From an uncultured Candidatus Rokubacteria bacterium (GTDB lineage Bacteria; Methylomirabilota; Methylomirabilia; Rokubacteriales; CSP1-6), in NCBI GenBank assembly GCA_963771355.1, contig CAVYTA010000005.1:800001-864000 (forward strand): a stretch of DNA of 64,000 bases, read 5' to 3'. Of this stretch, positions 21,114 to 29,866 are shown in pieces; the stretch's first letter is position 1, and every line of letters starts with the position of its first letter. The notes below the pieces were generated by a model. It saw only the letters and a list, made by a program, of their open reading frames with translations, searched no databases and was not told the DNA's origin. Made by a program: the position numbers and the translations under genes.

Positions 21114-21350
21114 ATGTCGCCCGAGCCCCACGACGCGCTGATGGCCAAGCTGCTCCAGGCCATCGAGGTGTCCCTGCGGGCCACCGAGGCCTCGCGCGAG
21201 GCGGTGCAGGAGATTCTCCGGCGCGGGGCGGAGACCGGCATCTTCTTCGCGGGCGCGCGGAAGCCGGACAGCGGCGACGCCTTCGATCTCACCGAGCAGG
21301 ACCGGGACTTCCTCCGCTCGCTCTCGATCCGCCCCGAACCGCGCGGCTGA
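21114..21350 (+). CDS. Small hypothetical protein (78 aa)
   Basis: MSPEPHDALMAKLL...LTEQDRDFLRSLSIR; host-like codon usage; preceded by a TGnTAGAGT extended -10. Confidence 0.65.
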   Translation: MSPEPHDALMAKLLQAIEVSLRATEASREAVQEILRRGAETGIFFAGARKPDSGDAFDLTEQDRDFLRSLSIRPEPRG

Positions 21351-21354
21351 GCTG

Positions 21355-21615
21355 ATGCGCGGGCTCCTCGTCCTCGCCGTCCTGGCCGTGCTGATCCTCA
21401 CCGTGTGGCCGCTGGTGCGGAGCGTGCTCGCGCGGATGAGCGGTCCCCCGGCGGTGGAGGGCGGCGGCGCGCGCGACGAGCTGGTGAAGGATCCCGTGTG
21501 CCAGACCTACGTGGTCCGATCGCGGGCCATCCGGAACGAGGCGGGCGGGCGTTCGGTGTACTTCTGCAGCCCGCGCTGCGCGGAGCAGTTCCGGGAGCGG
21601 GAGCGCTCCGCGTGA
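21355..21615 (+). CDS. Membrane-anchored YHS/TRASH domain protein
   Basis: N-terminal TM, then KDPVCQTYV...YFCSPRC. Confidence 0.8.
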   Translation: MRGLLVLAVLAVLILTVWPLVRSVLARMSGPPAVEGGGARDELVKDPVCQTYVVRSRAIRNEAGGRSVYFCSPRCAEQFRERERSA

Positions 21616-22448
21616 GGCTCGCGCTCTCGGGCGCCTGCGCGCCCGACTGGGCCCTCGACGACGAGCTGGGTGCCGCCGCCGCGGCGGGCTTCGAGGCCAT
21701 CGAGCTGTGGCTCCCCAAGCTCTGGGCCGGGCTGGAGCGTTCGGGGCCCGAGGCGGTGGCCACGCTCCTCAAGCGCCGCCGCCTCGCCGCCGCCGCGCTG
21801 GCGCCGATCGCGGCGGCGACCTTCCGGGACCGCGGGGGGCTCGAGGCCGTCACCGCGCAGGTGCACGGCGCCGCCGCGCTGGCCCGCGGCCTCGGCGCGC
21901 CCTGGGTGGTGGTGCAGCCGGGCGAGCGGCCCGACGGCGCCGACGAACGCGATGTCTTCCGCGAGGCGCGCCACACCTTCGGCCAGCTCGCCCTCGCCGT
22001 GGAGCGCTACGACGTCGGGCTCGCCATCATGCCGATCGGCTACGCCTGGTCCTCGCTGCGCAGCATCCGCGAGGCGGGCGACGTCATCGAGACGGTCGGA
22101 CGCCGCTCGCTCGGGCTGGCGCTGGACACCTTCCACATGCACATCGCCGGCTCGCGCCCGGAGGACGTGGGCCGCCTCCGTCCGCGCTGGATCGGGCTGG
22201 TGCGGCTGGCCGATGCGCCCGCGGGCGCGGTCGAGCTGCTCCGCGATCAGCACCGGCTGCCGCCCGGCGAGGGCGTCCTGCCCCTCGCCGACATCGTGGG
22301 CCGGGTGCGCGCGCTCGGCGCCGACGCCACCGCGGTGGTGGCCTGCCCGTTGCCGGGGGGGCACGGGGAGGCGGCGGGCTGGGTGCAGCACCTCCACGAG
22401 CGCGCCGCCGCCCTGCTCCGCGCGCCGGTGCCGGCCGGGCGCCGCTGA
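21612..22448 (+). CDS. Sugar phosphate isomerase/epimerase (xylose isomerase-like TIM barrel), metal ligands degenerate
   Basis: AAAAGFEAIELW, LDTFHMH, RLPPGEGVLPL; GTGA overlap start. Confidence 0.75.
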   Translation: MRLALSGACAPDWALDDELGAAAAAGFEAIELWLPKLWAGLERSGPEAVATLLKRRRLAAAALAPIAAATFRDRGGLEAVTAQVHGAAALARGLGAPWVVVQPGERPDGADERDVFREARHTFGQLALAVERYDVGLAIMPIGYAWSSLRSIREAGDVIETVGRRSLGLALDTFHMHIAGSRPEDVGRLRPRWIGLVRLADAPAGAVELLRDQHRLPPGEGVLPLADIVGRVRALGADATAVVACPLPGGHGEAAGWVQHLHERAAALLRAPVPAGRR

Positions 22449-22450
22449 GC

Positions 22451-23260
22451 ATGCGCTGGGAGCTGCTCGTCTGCGACCTCGACGGCACGCTGGTCGACAA
22501 GAAGACGGGAATCGATCCAGCCCTGGTGGACGGGTTCCACCGCGCGCGCGAGCACGGCCTCCTCGTTTCCCTCGCCACCGGACGCATGCCGCCGGGCGCC
22601 GAGCGCTTTCGTGACGAGCTGGGCCTGACCGCGCCCTGCATCTTCTACAACGGGGCGCTGGTCCGGGACCACGAGGCGGGCCGCGACCTCTTCTCCCTCA
22701 CGCTGCCGCGCGGACTGCTTCGCGAGATCTACGACGTCTTCTCCAACGCGCCCGTGCATCCGCTCTTCTACCGGGACGACCGGCTCTATTGCCTGGAGCA
22801 GACCTTCCCGGTGCTGGAGTACGCGGAGGAGCAGCGGCTACAGGTGGAGGCGATCCCCGACCCGGACGACTTCCTCCGTCTGGGCGCCTTCGTGAAGAGC
22901 CTCTTCATCGGGCATCCCGCCACCCTCCCCCTCGTGCGCGCCGAGCTGGAGGCCGCGGTGCAGCCGGACGCGCGGCTGGTGATGACGCGCACCGACTATC
23001 TGGAGCTCATCCCCGCCGCCGCGTCCAAGGGAGTGGCGCTCCGCTACCTCTGCGAGCACCTGGGCGTGCCGCTGAGCCAGACCATTGCGGTGGGAGACCA
23101 GGAGAACGATCTGGAGATGATCGAGGCGGCCGGGCTGGGCGTGGCGATGCCCGATGCGCCGGCGCGCGTCCGCGCCGCCGCCGGCCGGGTGGCGCCGAGC
23201 GCCCGGGACGGTGGCCTTCTCGCGCTGTTCCGCGAGCTCATGCCCGAACGATTCGTCTGA
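22451..23260 (+). CDS. Cof-type HAD-IIB hydrolase
   Basis: DLDGTL, ATGR, NGA, SKGVAL, GDQENDLEM. Confidence 0.92.
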   Translation: MRWELLVCDLDGTLVDKKTGIDPALVDGFHRAREHGLLVSLATGRMPPGAERFRDELGLTAPCIFYNGALVRDHEAGRDLFSLTLPRGLLREIYDVFSNAPVHPLFYRDDRLYCLEQTFPVLEYAEEQRLQVEAIPDPDDFLRLGAFVKSLFIGHPATLPLVRAELEAAVQPDARLVMTRTDYLELIPAAASKGVALRYLCEHLGVPLSQTIAVGDQENDLEMIEAAGLGVAMPDAPARVRAAAGRVAPSARDGGLLALFRELMPERFV

Positions 23261-23264
23261 CGCC

Positions 23265-23633
23265 TTGCCCTCCCGGGTCCTCATCGTCGACGACGAACCC
23301 GAGATCGGTCGCCTCCTGGGCCTCATTCTCCGCGGTGCCGGCTTCGAGGTCGCCGCGGTCGAGGGCGGTCGGGCCGCTCTCGCGCACCTCGCCGCGTCCG
23401 CGACCGACCTCGTCCTCCTCGACGTGATCATGCCGGAGCTGGACGGCTTCGAGACGCTGCGCCGCATCCGCGAGACCCCCGCCACCGCGACCTTGCCCGT
23501 GCTGATGCTCACCGCCAGTGCCGGCGCCGCCGATCGGGCCCGCGCGGAGAGCCTCGGCGCCAACGACTTCATCGCCAAGCCTTTCGATCCCGCCGACGTG
23601 GTGGAGCGCGTCCGCGCGGGCCTCGGAGCCTGA
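23265..23633 (+). CDS. Single-domain response regulator (REC)
   Basis: VLIVDDE, LLDVIMPELDG, LTA, KPF; TTG start inferred. Confidence 0.85.
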   Translation: MPSRVLIVDDEPEIGRLLGLILRGAGFEVAAVEGGRAALAHLAASATDLVLLDVIMPELDGFETLRRIRETPATATLPVLMLTASAGAADRARAESLGANDFIAKPFDPADVVERVRAGLGA

Positions 23634-23737
23634 GCGGCGCCTCGCGATCAAGGGGACGGCCGACGTGAAGTCACGGATGGAGACGGAGTGGGACACGATC
23701 GCCAGGAGCAACCAATCTCAAAGCGGGAGGAGACCCG

Positions 23738-24280
23738 ATGCCCCGAGTGCGTGAGATCGAGGACGACGGCGGTGACCCGATCCTGAAGGAGATCTTTGCC
23801 AAGGAGACGGAGATCTTCGGCCATGTGCTCAATACCACCAAGGTGATGGCGCATACGCCGCCCATTCTCAAGGCGGCCAAGCAGCTGGGCGCCTCCATCG
23901 AGAAGTCCGGGCTGCTCCCCGCCTCGCTCATCCCGCTCCTGAACCTGCGCGTGGCGCTCATCAACGGGTGCCCCTTCTGAATCGACATCAATGCATCCCG
24001 GGGGATGCAGGCGGGGGCGTCCGACGACAAGATCCGGCAGGTGCCGACCTGGCGCGAGAGCAGCCTCTTCTCGCCGGTGGAGCGCGACGCGCTGGAGTAC
24101 GCCGAGCGCCTGACCGTCACCGGCGACAAGGTCACCGACGAGCTCTTCGCGCGGCTGCGCGGGCACTTCAGCGAGGCGCAGATGGTGGAGCTGACCGCGG
24201 TGGTGGCGCTCGAGAACTTCCGCTCCAAGTTCAATCCGCCGCTGGGCATCGAGGCGCAGGGCTTCTGCGTGCTGCGCTGA
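23738..24280 (+). CDS. AhpD/carboxymuconolactone decarboxylase-family selenoprotein (in-frame UGA 23978-23980, CxxU)
   Basis: ORFs 23738-23980 and 24005-24280 share a frame and read through as INGCPF-U-IDINASRG; a hairpin follows the UGA. Confidence 0.8.
23992..24009 (+). promoter_or_regulatory. Bacterial SECIS-like hairpin
   Basis: tgcatcc-cggg-ggatgca, separated from the UGA by 11 nt, with a G-rich apical loop. Confidence 0.65.
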
Positions 24281-24346
24281 GCGGGACGCCGCCGGCGTGA
24301 GCGCGAGACGGGGGATCCCCGCCGCCGCCGGCGCTTTCTTCCGCGC

Positions 24347-25525
24347 ATGAGCGTCACGGGGCGCGAGTTCCGCGCGCGCTGGGTCATGCCGTTCGCGATG
24401 TTCGTGGGCACCTTCGCCTGGTCCTTCGTCTACGTGAGCCTGCCCTTCTACATCCATCGCCTGAGCACGCTGGACGAGGCGTCCACGATCAGATGGACCG
24501 GGTGGATTCTCGGGATCAGCCCGCTCATCACCGTGGTGATCGCGCCCATCTCGGGGCGGCTGGCCGGACGCGGCGATCCCAAGGCGTTCTACATGGTGGT
24601 GCAGCTGCTGCAGGGGATCGGCTTCGTGCTGATGGCGCTGGCCCGCACCCTCCCCGAGATGCTGGGGGCGCGGCTCCTGCTGGGTCTCATGGGCGCCTCC
24701 TCGACCTTCGCCTTCATCATGGCGGGACAGCGGCCCGGCGGGGACATGCGCCGTGACATCTCGGCCATTCAGTCCGCGATGACGCTGGGGCAGGTGCTGG
24801 GCCCGCCGGTGGGCGCGATGGCGGCCTCGCGCGTCGGCTTCCAGGAGTCCTTTCTCCTCGGTGGCATGCTGCTGTGGGGGTGCTGCGTCATCGTGGGGCT
24901 CGGGGCGCCCACCGGACGGGGGAAGACCGCGGCGGAGGGGCGCCCGGGACGGACCTCCCTGCTCGAGGTGGCGACGGTGTGTCTGCTCGTCCTCGCCGGC
25001 TCCAGCCAGGTGTTCTTCCTCACTGCGATCCTCCCTCAGGTGCTGCCGCCGCTCGGCATCCCCCCGGCGGATACGCTGGAGGTCGGCGGAGTGGTCATCT
25101 TCGTCACCGGCCTCGCCGCCGCGGTGGGCTCGCTGGCGGCGCCGAGGCTGGGCGAGCTGGTGGGCGATCTGCGCGCCATCGTCTGGTTCCTGGGCGCCTC
25201 GTCGCTCCTGCTCGCGCTGCAGGCGCTGGCGCCGGGCGTGTGGAGCTTCAGCGTCCTCCGCTTCTTCCAGGTGTTGTGCATCGCGCCGATCTTCCCCCTC
25301 TCGGTGGCGGCCATCGCCCAGCGCTCGTCCGGCACCGCCATCGGCTTCCTCAACTCCTCGCGGATCGGCGCCGCTTTCGTGGGGCCCGTCGTCGCCACCA
25401 CGCTCGTGACCGTCGCGCCCATCTGGACCGTCTTCGTGACGCTGGCCGCCTTCGGGCTGGCGGTGGTGCCCCTGCTGTACCGGGCCTTCGGCCATCGGGC
25501 CGCGTCGGAGGGCCGCCTGCCGTGA
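24347..25525 (+). CDS. MFS transporter
   Basis: About 12 hydrophobic segments, motif-A-like GRLAGRG, GPPVG. Confidence 0.85.
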   Translation: MSVTGREFRARWVMPFAMFVGTFAWSFVYVSLPFYIHRLSTLDEASTIRWTGWILGISPLITVVIAPISGRLAGRGDPKAFYMVVQLLQGIGFVLMALARTLPEMLGARLLLGLMGASSTFAFIMAGQRPGGDMRRDISAIQSAMTLGQVLGPPVGAMAASRVGFQESFLLGGMLLWGCCVIVGLGAPTGRGKTAAEGRPGRTSLLEVATVCLLVLAGSSQVFFLTAILPQVLPPLGIPPADTLEVGGVVIFVTGLAAAVGSLAAPRLGELVGDLRAIVWFLGASSLLLALQALAPGVWSFSVLRFFQVLCIAPIFPLSVAAIAQRSSGTAIGFLNSSRIGAAFVGPVVATTLVTVAPIWTVFVTLAAFGLAVVPLLYRAFGHRAASEGRLP

Positions 25526-26622
25526 CCGCCGAGCCGCTCGTGCGCCTCTCCGAGGTGAAGATGGAAGCGGTGGGGAAGCGCCATGGTGACGCGTGGGTGG
25601 TCCGCGACGTGTCCCTGTCCATTCTCCCCGGCGAGTTCTACACTCTGCTCGGCCCCTCCGGCTGCGGCAAGACCACCTTGCTGCGCATGCTCGCGGGCTT
25701 CGCCCGGCCCGACGCCGGCCGCATCGTCCTGGACGACGAGCCCATCGACGCGGTCCCGCCCTGGCGACGCAATGTCGGCATGGTCTTCCCGAGCTCGGCG
25801 CTGTGGCCGCACATGACAGTGGGGGAGAATGTCGCCTTCGGCCTTCGCGCGCGCGGCGTCCGCGGCGCGGAGCTCACCCGCCGCGTGGGGGAGGCCCTCG
25901 AGCAGGTGGGGCTCCGCGGCTTCGACGCGCGCCGGCCTTCTGAGCTCTCCGGCGGGCAGCCGCAGCGGGCGGCGCTGGCCCGGACCCTCGTCGTCCGTCC
26001 GCGCCTGCTCCTGCTCGACGAGCCGCTGTCGGGCCTGGACGCGCCGCTCCGCGGCCCCATGCGGCTCGAGCTCGCGCGGTTGCACCGCGAGGTGGGGATC
26101 ACCACGCTCTACGCCACTGCCGATCCGGCCGAGGCCCTCGCGCTCTCCACGCGCATCGCGGTGCTCTCGGGCGGCCGGCTCGTCCAGGAAGGGCGACCAG
26201 AAGAGGTGTACTGGCGTCCGCGCACGCGCTTCGTGGCGGAGTTCGTCGGCGCGGCCAACCTCGTGCCGGTGCGGGTGGTCGAGCGGCGCGAGATGGGCGT
26301 GCTGGTGGAGACGGACGGGGGGGCGCGCGTCCCCGTGGGCCACGGCGGCCGCGAGTGGAGCGTGGGGGCGCGGGCGCTGCTCTGCCTCCGTCCCGAGGCG
26401 CTCCGGATCGACGAGGCCGCGCTGGTTCCGGGCGGCATCGCGGGCACGGTGGCCTCGTATATCTTCGAGGGCGGGCGCGCGCTGTACGACGTCGCCATTC
26501 GGGACGCGGTGATTCGCGTGGAGATGATCACCTCCGCGCGGGTGGGCCGCGGCTTCAAGCCGGGCGACCACGTCAAGGTGGAGGTGTCGCCGGAGACCTC
26601 CATCCTGCTTCCCGCGGAGTAG
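25522..26622 (+). CDS. PotA/FbpC-like ABC ATP-binding protein, catalytically degenerate
   Basis: GPSGCGKT, LSGGQ and LDEP are intact, but the Q-loop reads VFPSS and the H-loop reads YATAD. Confidence 0.8.
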   Translation: MTAEPLVRLSEVKMEAVGKRHGDAWVVRDVSLSILPGEFYTLLGPSGCGKTTLLRMLAGFARPDAGRIVLDDEPIDAVPPWRRNVGMVFPSSALWPHMTVGENVAFGLRARGVRGAELTRRVGEALEQVGLRGFDARRPSELSGGQPQRAALARTLVVRPRLLLLDEPLSGLDAPLRGPMRLELARLHREVGITTLYATADPAEALALSTRIAVLSGGRLVQEGRPEEVYWRPRTRFVAEFVGAANLVPVRVVERREMGVLVETDGGARVPVGHGGREWSVGARALLCLRPEALRIDEAALVPGGIAGTVASYIFEGGRALYDVAIRDAVIRVEMITSARVGRGFKPGDHVKVEVSPETSILLPAE

Positions 26623-26659
26623 TGGTATCGTACGCGAACCGAGACCAGGAGGCGGATCC

Positions 26660-26980
26660 ATGGCCCAGGAGATGAAGGTGGCGGAGCTCAAGCGGCGAAT
26701 GGACGCGCACGAGCCCGTGGTGGTGCTCGACGTCCGCGACCCGTGGGAGACCGAGCTCGCGCGGCTCGATCACGCCGTCCACATCCCCATGGAGGAGATC
26801 GAGCTCCGGACGGAGGAGCTCGACCCCAAGGCGGAGACGGTGGTGTATTGCCATCACGGCGTGCGCAGCGCCGCCGTCGCGGAGTACCTCGCGCGCCTGG
26901 GCTTCGACAAGGTGTGGAATCTCGAGGGCGGCATCGACCAGTGGGCGCGGAAGGTGGACCCCCGGATGAAGCGCTATTGA
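26660..26980 (+). CDS. Rhodanese-like domain protein
   Basis: LDVRDPWE, YCHHGVRS, NLEGGIDQW. Confidence 0.9.
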   Translation: MAQEMKVAELKRRMDAHEPVVVLDVRDPWETELARLDHAVHIPMEEIELRTEELDPKAETVVYCHHGVRSAAVAEYLARLGFDKVWNLEGGIDQWARKVDPRMKRY

Positions 26981-26993
26981 GCGGAGGGCCCGC

Positions 26994-27764
26994 ATGACCG
27001 CTGACGGGACCGTTCACGTCGAGCGGCGCGGCGGCTGCGCCTGGGTGACGCTCGACCGGCCGCCGCTCAATCTTCTCGAGCCCGGCGTCATCCGCGCGCT
27101 CCGCGACACGTTCGCCGGCCTCGCGTGCGATCCCGCCGTCCGCGCGGCGGTGGTGACGGGGGCCGGACGCGCCACCACCGGCGGCATGCAGATCCAGTTC
27201 CTCATGGACCTGGGCCCGGCGGAGGCCAAGCTCTTCATCACCCAGCTCCACGAGGCCATCCAGTCCGTGCACGAGGCGCCCTTTCCCACCATCTGCATGG
27301 TGAACGGGCCCTGCCTGGGCGCGGGCTTCGAGCTGGCCCTGGCCTGTGACCTGCGGGTGATGTCGACGGAGGCCAGCTTCGGGCTGCCCGAGATCCGCAT
27401 CGGGGTGCCGTCGGTGATCGAGGCGGCGCTTCTCCCCGGCATGGTGGGCCCGGCGCGCGCCGCCGAGATCCTGCTGCTCGGCGCGCCGGTGACGGCGGCC
27501 CAGGCGCTCGAGTGGGGCCTGGTGAACCGCGTGGTGCCTCCGTCGGAGCTGGAGGCGGTGACTCAGGGGCTGGTGGAGTCGATCCTGGCCTTCGCGCCCA
27601 CCGCGGTCCGGCTCCAGAAGGAGCTGATCGTGCGCTGGCGCAATACCGATCTCCGCACCGCCATCGAGTCCGGCATCAACGCCTTCGCGCAGTCCTATGC
27701 CACCGGAGAGCCCCGCGAGGCCATGCTGGCCTATCTCGAGAAGCGGAAGCCCCGCTTCGCCTGA
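26994..27764 (+). CDS. Enoyl-CoA hydratase/isomerase family
   Basis: LDRPPLN, GAGFELALACD, FGLPE, WGLVNRVV. Confidence 0.88.
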   Translation: MTADGTVHVERRGGCAWVTLDRPPLNLLEPGVIRALRDTFAGLACDPAVRAAVVTGAGRATTGGMQIQFLMDLGPAEAKLFITQLHEAIQSVHEAPFPTICMVNGPCLGAGFELALACDLRVMSTEASFGLPEIRIGVPSVIEAALLPGMVGPARAAEILLLGAPVTAAQALEWGLVNRVVPPSELEAVTQGLVESILAFAPTAVRLQKELIVRWRNTDLRTAIESGINAFAQSYATGEPREAMLAYLEKRKPRFA

Positions 27765-27782
27765 GCGCGTCCCGTCACGTCT

Positions 27783-28538
27783 GTGCCGCGCCCCGTTCGT
27801 GCCGTCACCGTGGACTTCTGGGGCACGCTCGTCTTCGAGGGGCCGCGCGCGGACGACCGCTACCGGGAGCGGCGCCTCACCGATTTCGAGACCATCCTGC
27901 GGGCCGCAGGCTTCCGCGTGGCGGGGCGGGCGCTGGCGCGGGGCTACGAGCAGTCCGGCCGCGAGCTCACCTGGGTCTGGTCCGAGAACCGGGACGTGCC
28001 GGTGCTGCGTCACGTGGCCTCCGTGCTCGAGGGCGCCGAGCCGGGGCTGTCCGCGCGGGTGTCGAGCGCGACCCTCGAGGCTCTCGTCGAGGCCTACGCC
28101 GCGCCCGCGCTCCTGGTACCGCCCCATCCGGACACGGGGGCGCGCGCCGGGCTCGAGGCGCTGGTCGCGCGCGGGCTTCGGCTGGCGGTGATCTCGAATA
28201 CCATGCGGACTCCCGGCCGTACCCTCCGGCGCATCCTCGAGGGCCACGGGCTCCTCGCACCGTTCCAGCACCTGACCTTCTCCGATGAGGTGGGGGTGCG
28301 GAAGCCGGCGGCGGAGATCTTCCGCCTCACCCTGGACGTCCTCGGCATTCCCGCGGCGGAGGCCGTCCACGTGGGCGACGACGCCGTGCTCGACGTGACG
28401 GGCGCGCGCGAGGCGGGCCTTCGGACGGTGCAGGTGGTGGCGGCGGGCCGCGAGCCCGCCTCGCCCGCGCCCGACGTCGTCATCGAAGGGCTCGGCGACC
28501 TGCCGGGCGCCATCGAGACGCTGGAGCGGCGCGCGTGA
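27783..28538 (+). CDS. HAD-IA family hydrolase
   Basis: DFWGTL, ISNT, KP, HVGDD. Confidence 0.85.
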   Translation: MPRPVRAVTVDFWGTLVFEGPRADDRYRERRLTDFETILRAAGFRVAGRALARGYEQSGRELTWVWSENRDVPVLRHVASVLEGAEPGLSARVSSATLEALVEAYAAPALLVPPHPDTGARAGLEALVARGLRLAVISNTMRTPGRTLRRILEGHGLLAPFQHLTFSDEVGVRKPAAEIFRLTLDVLGIPAAEAVHVGDDAVLDVTGAREAGLRTVQVVAAGREPASPAPDVVIEGLGDLPGAIETLERRA

Positions 28539-29281
28539 TCCGCGCGGTCACGTTCGACTTCTGGCAGACCTTGGTCGACGACTCGCCCGACAATCTCGCC
28601 GCCCAGCGGCGCCTCCGCCTCGAGGCGCTGCGGGCCGCGCTGGCGGGGGCGGGGATGCCGGTCGATCCCGCGGAGGTCGAGGCGGGCTACGAGCGGTCGC
28701 AGCAGGTGCTCGACGCGCGCTTCTGGAGCCAGCACCGCGATCCCGCTTTCCCGGAGCAGGTGCGCATCGTGCTGGAGTGCGTGGTTCCCGGCGCGGCCGC
28801 GCGGGTGGCGGGCGGGGCGCTCGAGGCGCTCGAGCGCGGCTATGCGGAGCCCGTCCTGCGCTTTCCGCCCACCCTTTGCCCGGGCGCGGGCGAGGCGGTG
28901 CGCGAGCTCGCCGCGCGCGGCATCGCGCTCGGCATCGTCTCCAATACTGGCCGTACGCCGGGCCTGGTGCTGCGGCGCTTCCTCGAGGGGCATGACCTCC
29001 TCCGCTGGTTCCGCGCGGTCACCTACTCGGACGAGATCGGCCGCCGCAAGCCGGACGGCGAGATCTTCCGGCGCACCCTGGCCAAGCTGGGTCCCGAGGT
29101 GGCGGGGGTGCCGGCCGAGGTCGCCCATATCGGCGACAATCCCGAGGCCGACGTGGCGGGGGCCCGGGGCATGGGTATCCGGGCCGTGCACTACGCGGCG
29201 GGGGGTCGGACGCCCTCGCCCCTGGCCGATCTGGTGGTGACCGACCTGGCCGACTTTCCAGACCGCTTGCGGGCCCTGTGA
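28535..29281 (+). CDS. HAD-IA family hydrolase (tandem paralog)
   Basis: DFWQTL, VSNT, KP, HIGDNPEAD. Confidence 0.85.
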   Translation: MIRAVTFDFWQTLVDDSPDNLAAQRRLRLEALRAALAGAGMPVDPAEVEAGYERSQQVLDARFWSQHRDPAFPEQVRIVLECVVPGAAARVAGGALEALERGYAEPVLRFPPTLCPGAGEAVRELAARGIALGIVSNTGRTPGLVLRRFLEGHDLLRWFRAVTYSDEIGRRKPDGEIFRRTLAKLGPEVAGVPAEVAHIGDNPEADVAGARGMGIRAVHYAAGGRTPSPLADLVVTDLADFPDRLRAL

Positions 29282-29296
29282 TCGGCCGATTTCGTG

Positions 29297-29325
29297 TTGC
29301 GTCATAGAGGGGGTCCGCGTACTCT
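29297..29325 (+). promoter_or_regulatory. Sigma70-type promoter of apt, probably giving a (near-)leaderless mRNA
   Basis: TTGCGT-N17-TACTCT with 8 nt to the ATG and no SD. Confidence 0.55.
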
Positions 29326-29333
29326 AACCTCGG

Positions 29334-29858
29334 ATGAACACCGCCGAACTGCGCGCAAAGATTCGCGACATCAAGGACTTCCCGACCGAGGGCATCCTCT
29401 TCAAGGACATCACCACCCTCCTCAAGGACGGTCCGGCCTGGGCCTCGGTGATCGACCACCTGGCGGCCAAGTACCAGAGCGGCCTGATCGAGATCGTGGT
29501 GGGGGTGGAGTCGCGCGGGTTTATCTTCGGGGGGGCGGTCGCCCATCAACTCAAGGCCGGCTTCGTGCCCGTCCGCAAGCGTGGCAAGCTGCCCGGCCCG
29601 ACCATCGAGGAGGAGTACGAGCTGGAGTACGGTAAGGACGTCCTGGCCATCCACGAGGACGCCATCCGGTCGGGACAGAAGGTGCTCGTGGTGGACGATC
29701 TGCTCGCCACCGGCGGCACCATGGCGGCCACGCTCCGGCTCATCGAGCGCCTGGGCGGCAAGGTGGTGGGTACCGTGTTTCTCATCGAGCTCGCCTTCCT
29801 CAAGGGGCGGGAGCGCCTGCGCGGCTATGACGTGGACGCGCTCATCACGTACGATTAG
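29334..29858 (+). CDS. apt: Adenine phosphoribosyltransferase
   Basis: DFPTEGILFKDIT, ESRGF, RKRGKLP, YELEYG, VDDLLATGGT. Confidence 0.96.
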   Translation: MNTAELRAKIRDIKDFPTEGILFKDITTLLKDGPAWASVIDHLAAKYQSGLIEIVVGVESRGFIFGGAVAHQLKAGFVPVRKRGKLPGPTIEEEYELEYGKDVLAIHEDAIRSGQKVLVVDDLLATGGTMAATLRLIERLGGKVVGTVFLIELAFLKGRERLRGYDVDALITYD

Positions 29859-29866
29859 GGGACGTC

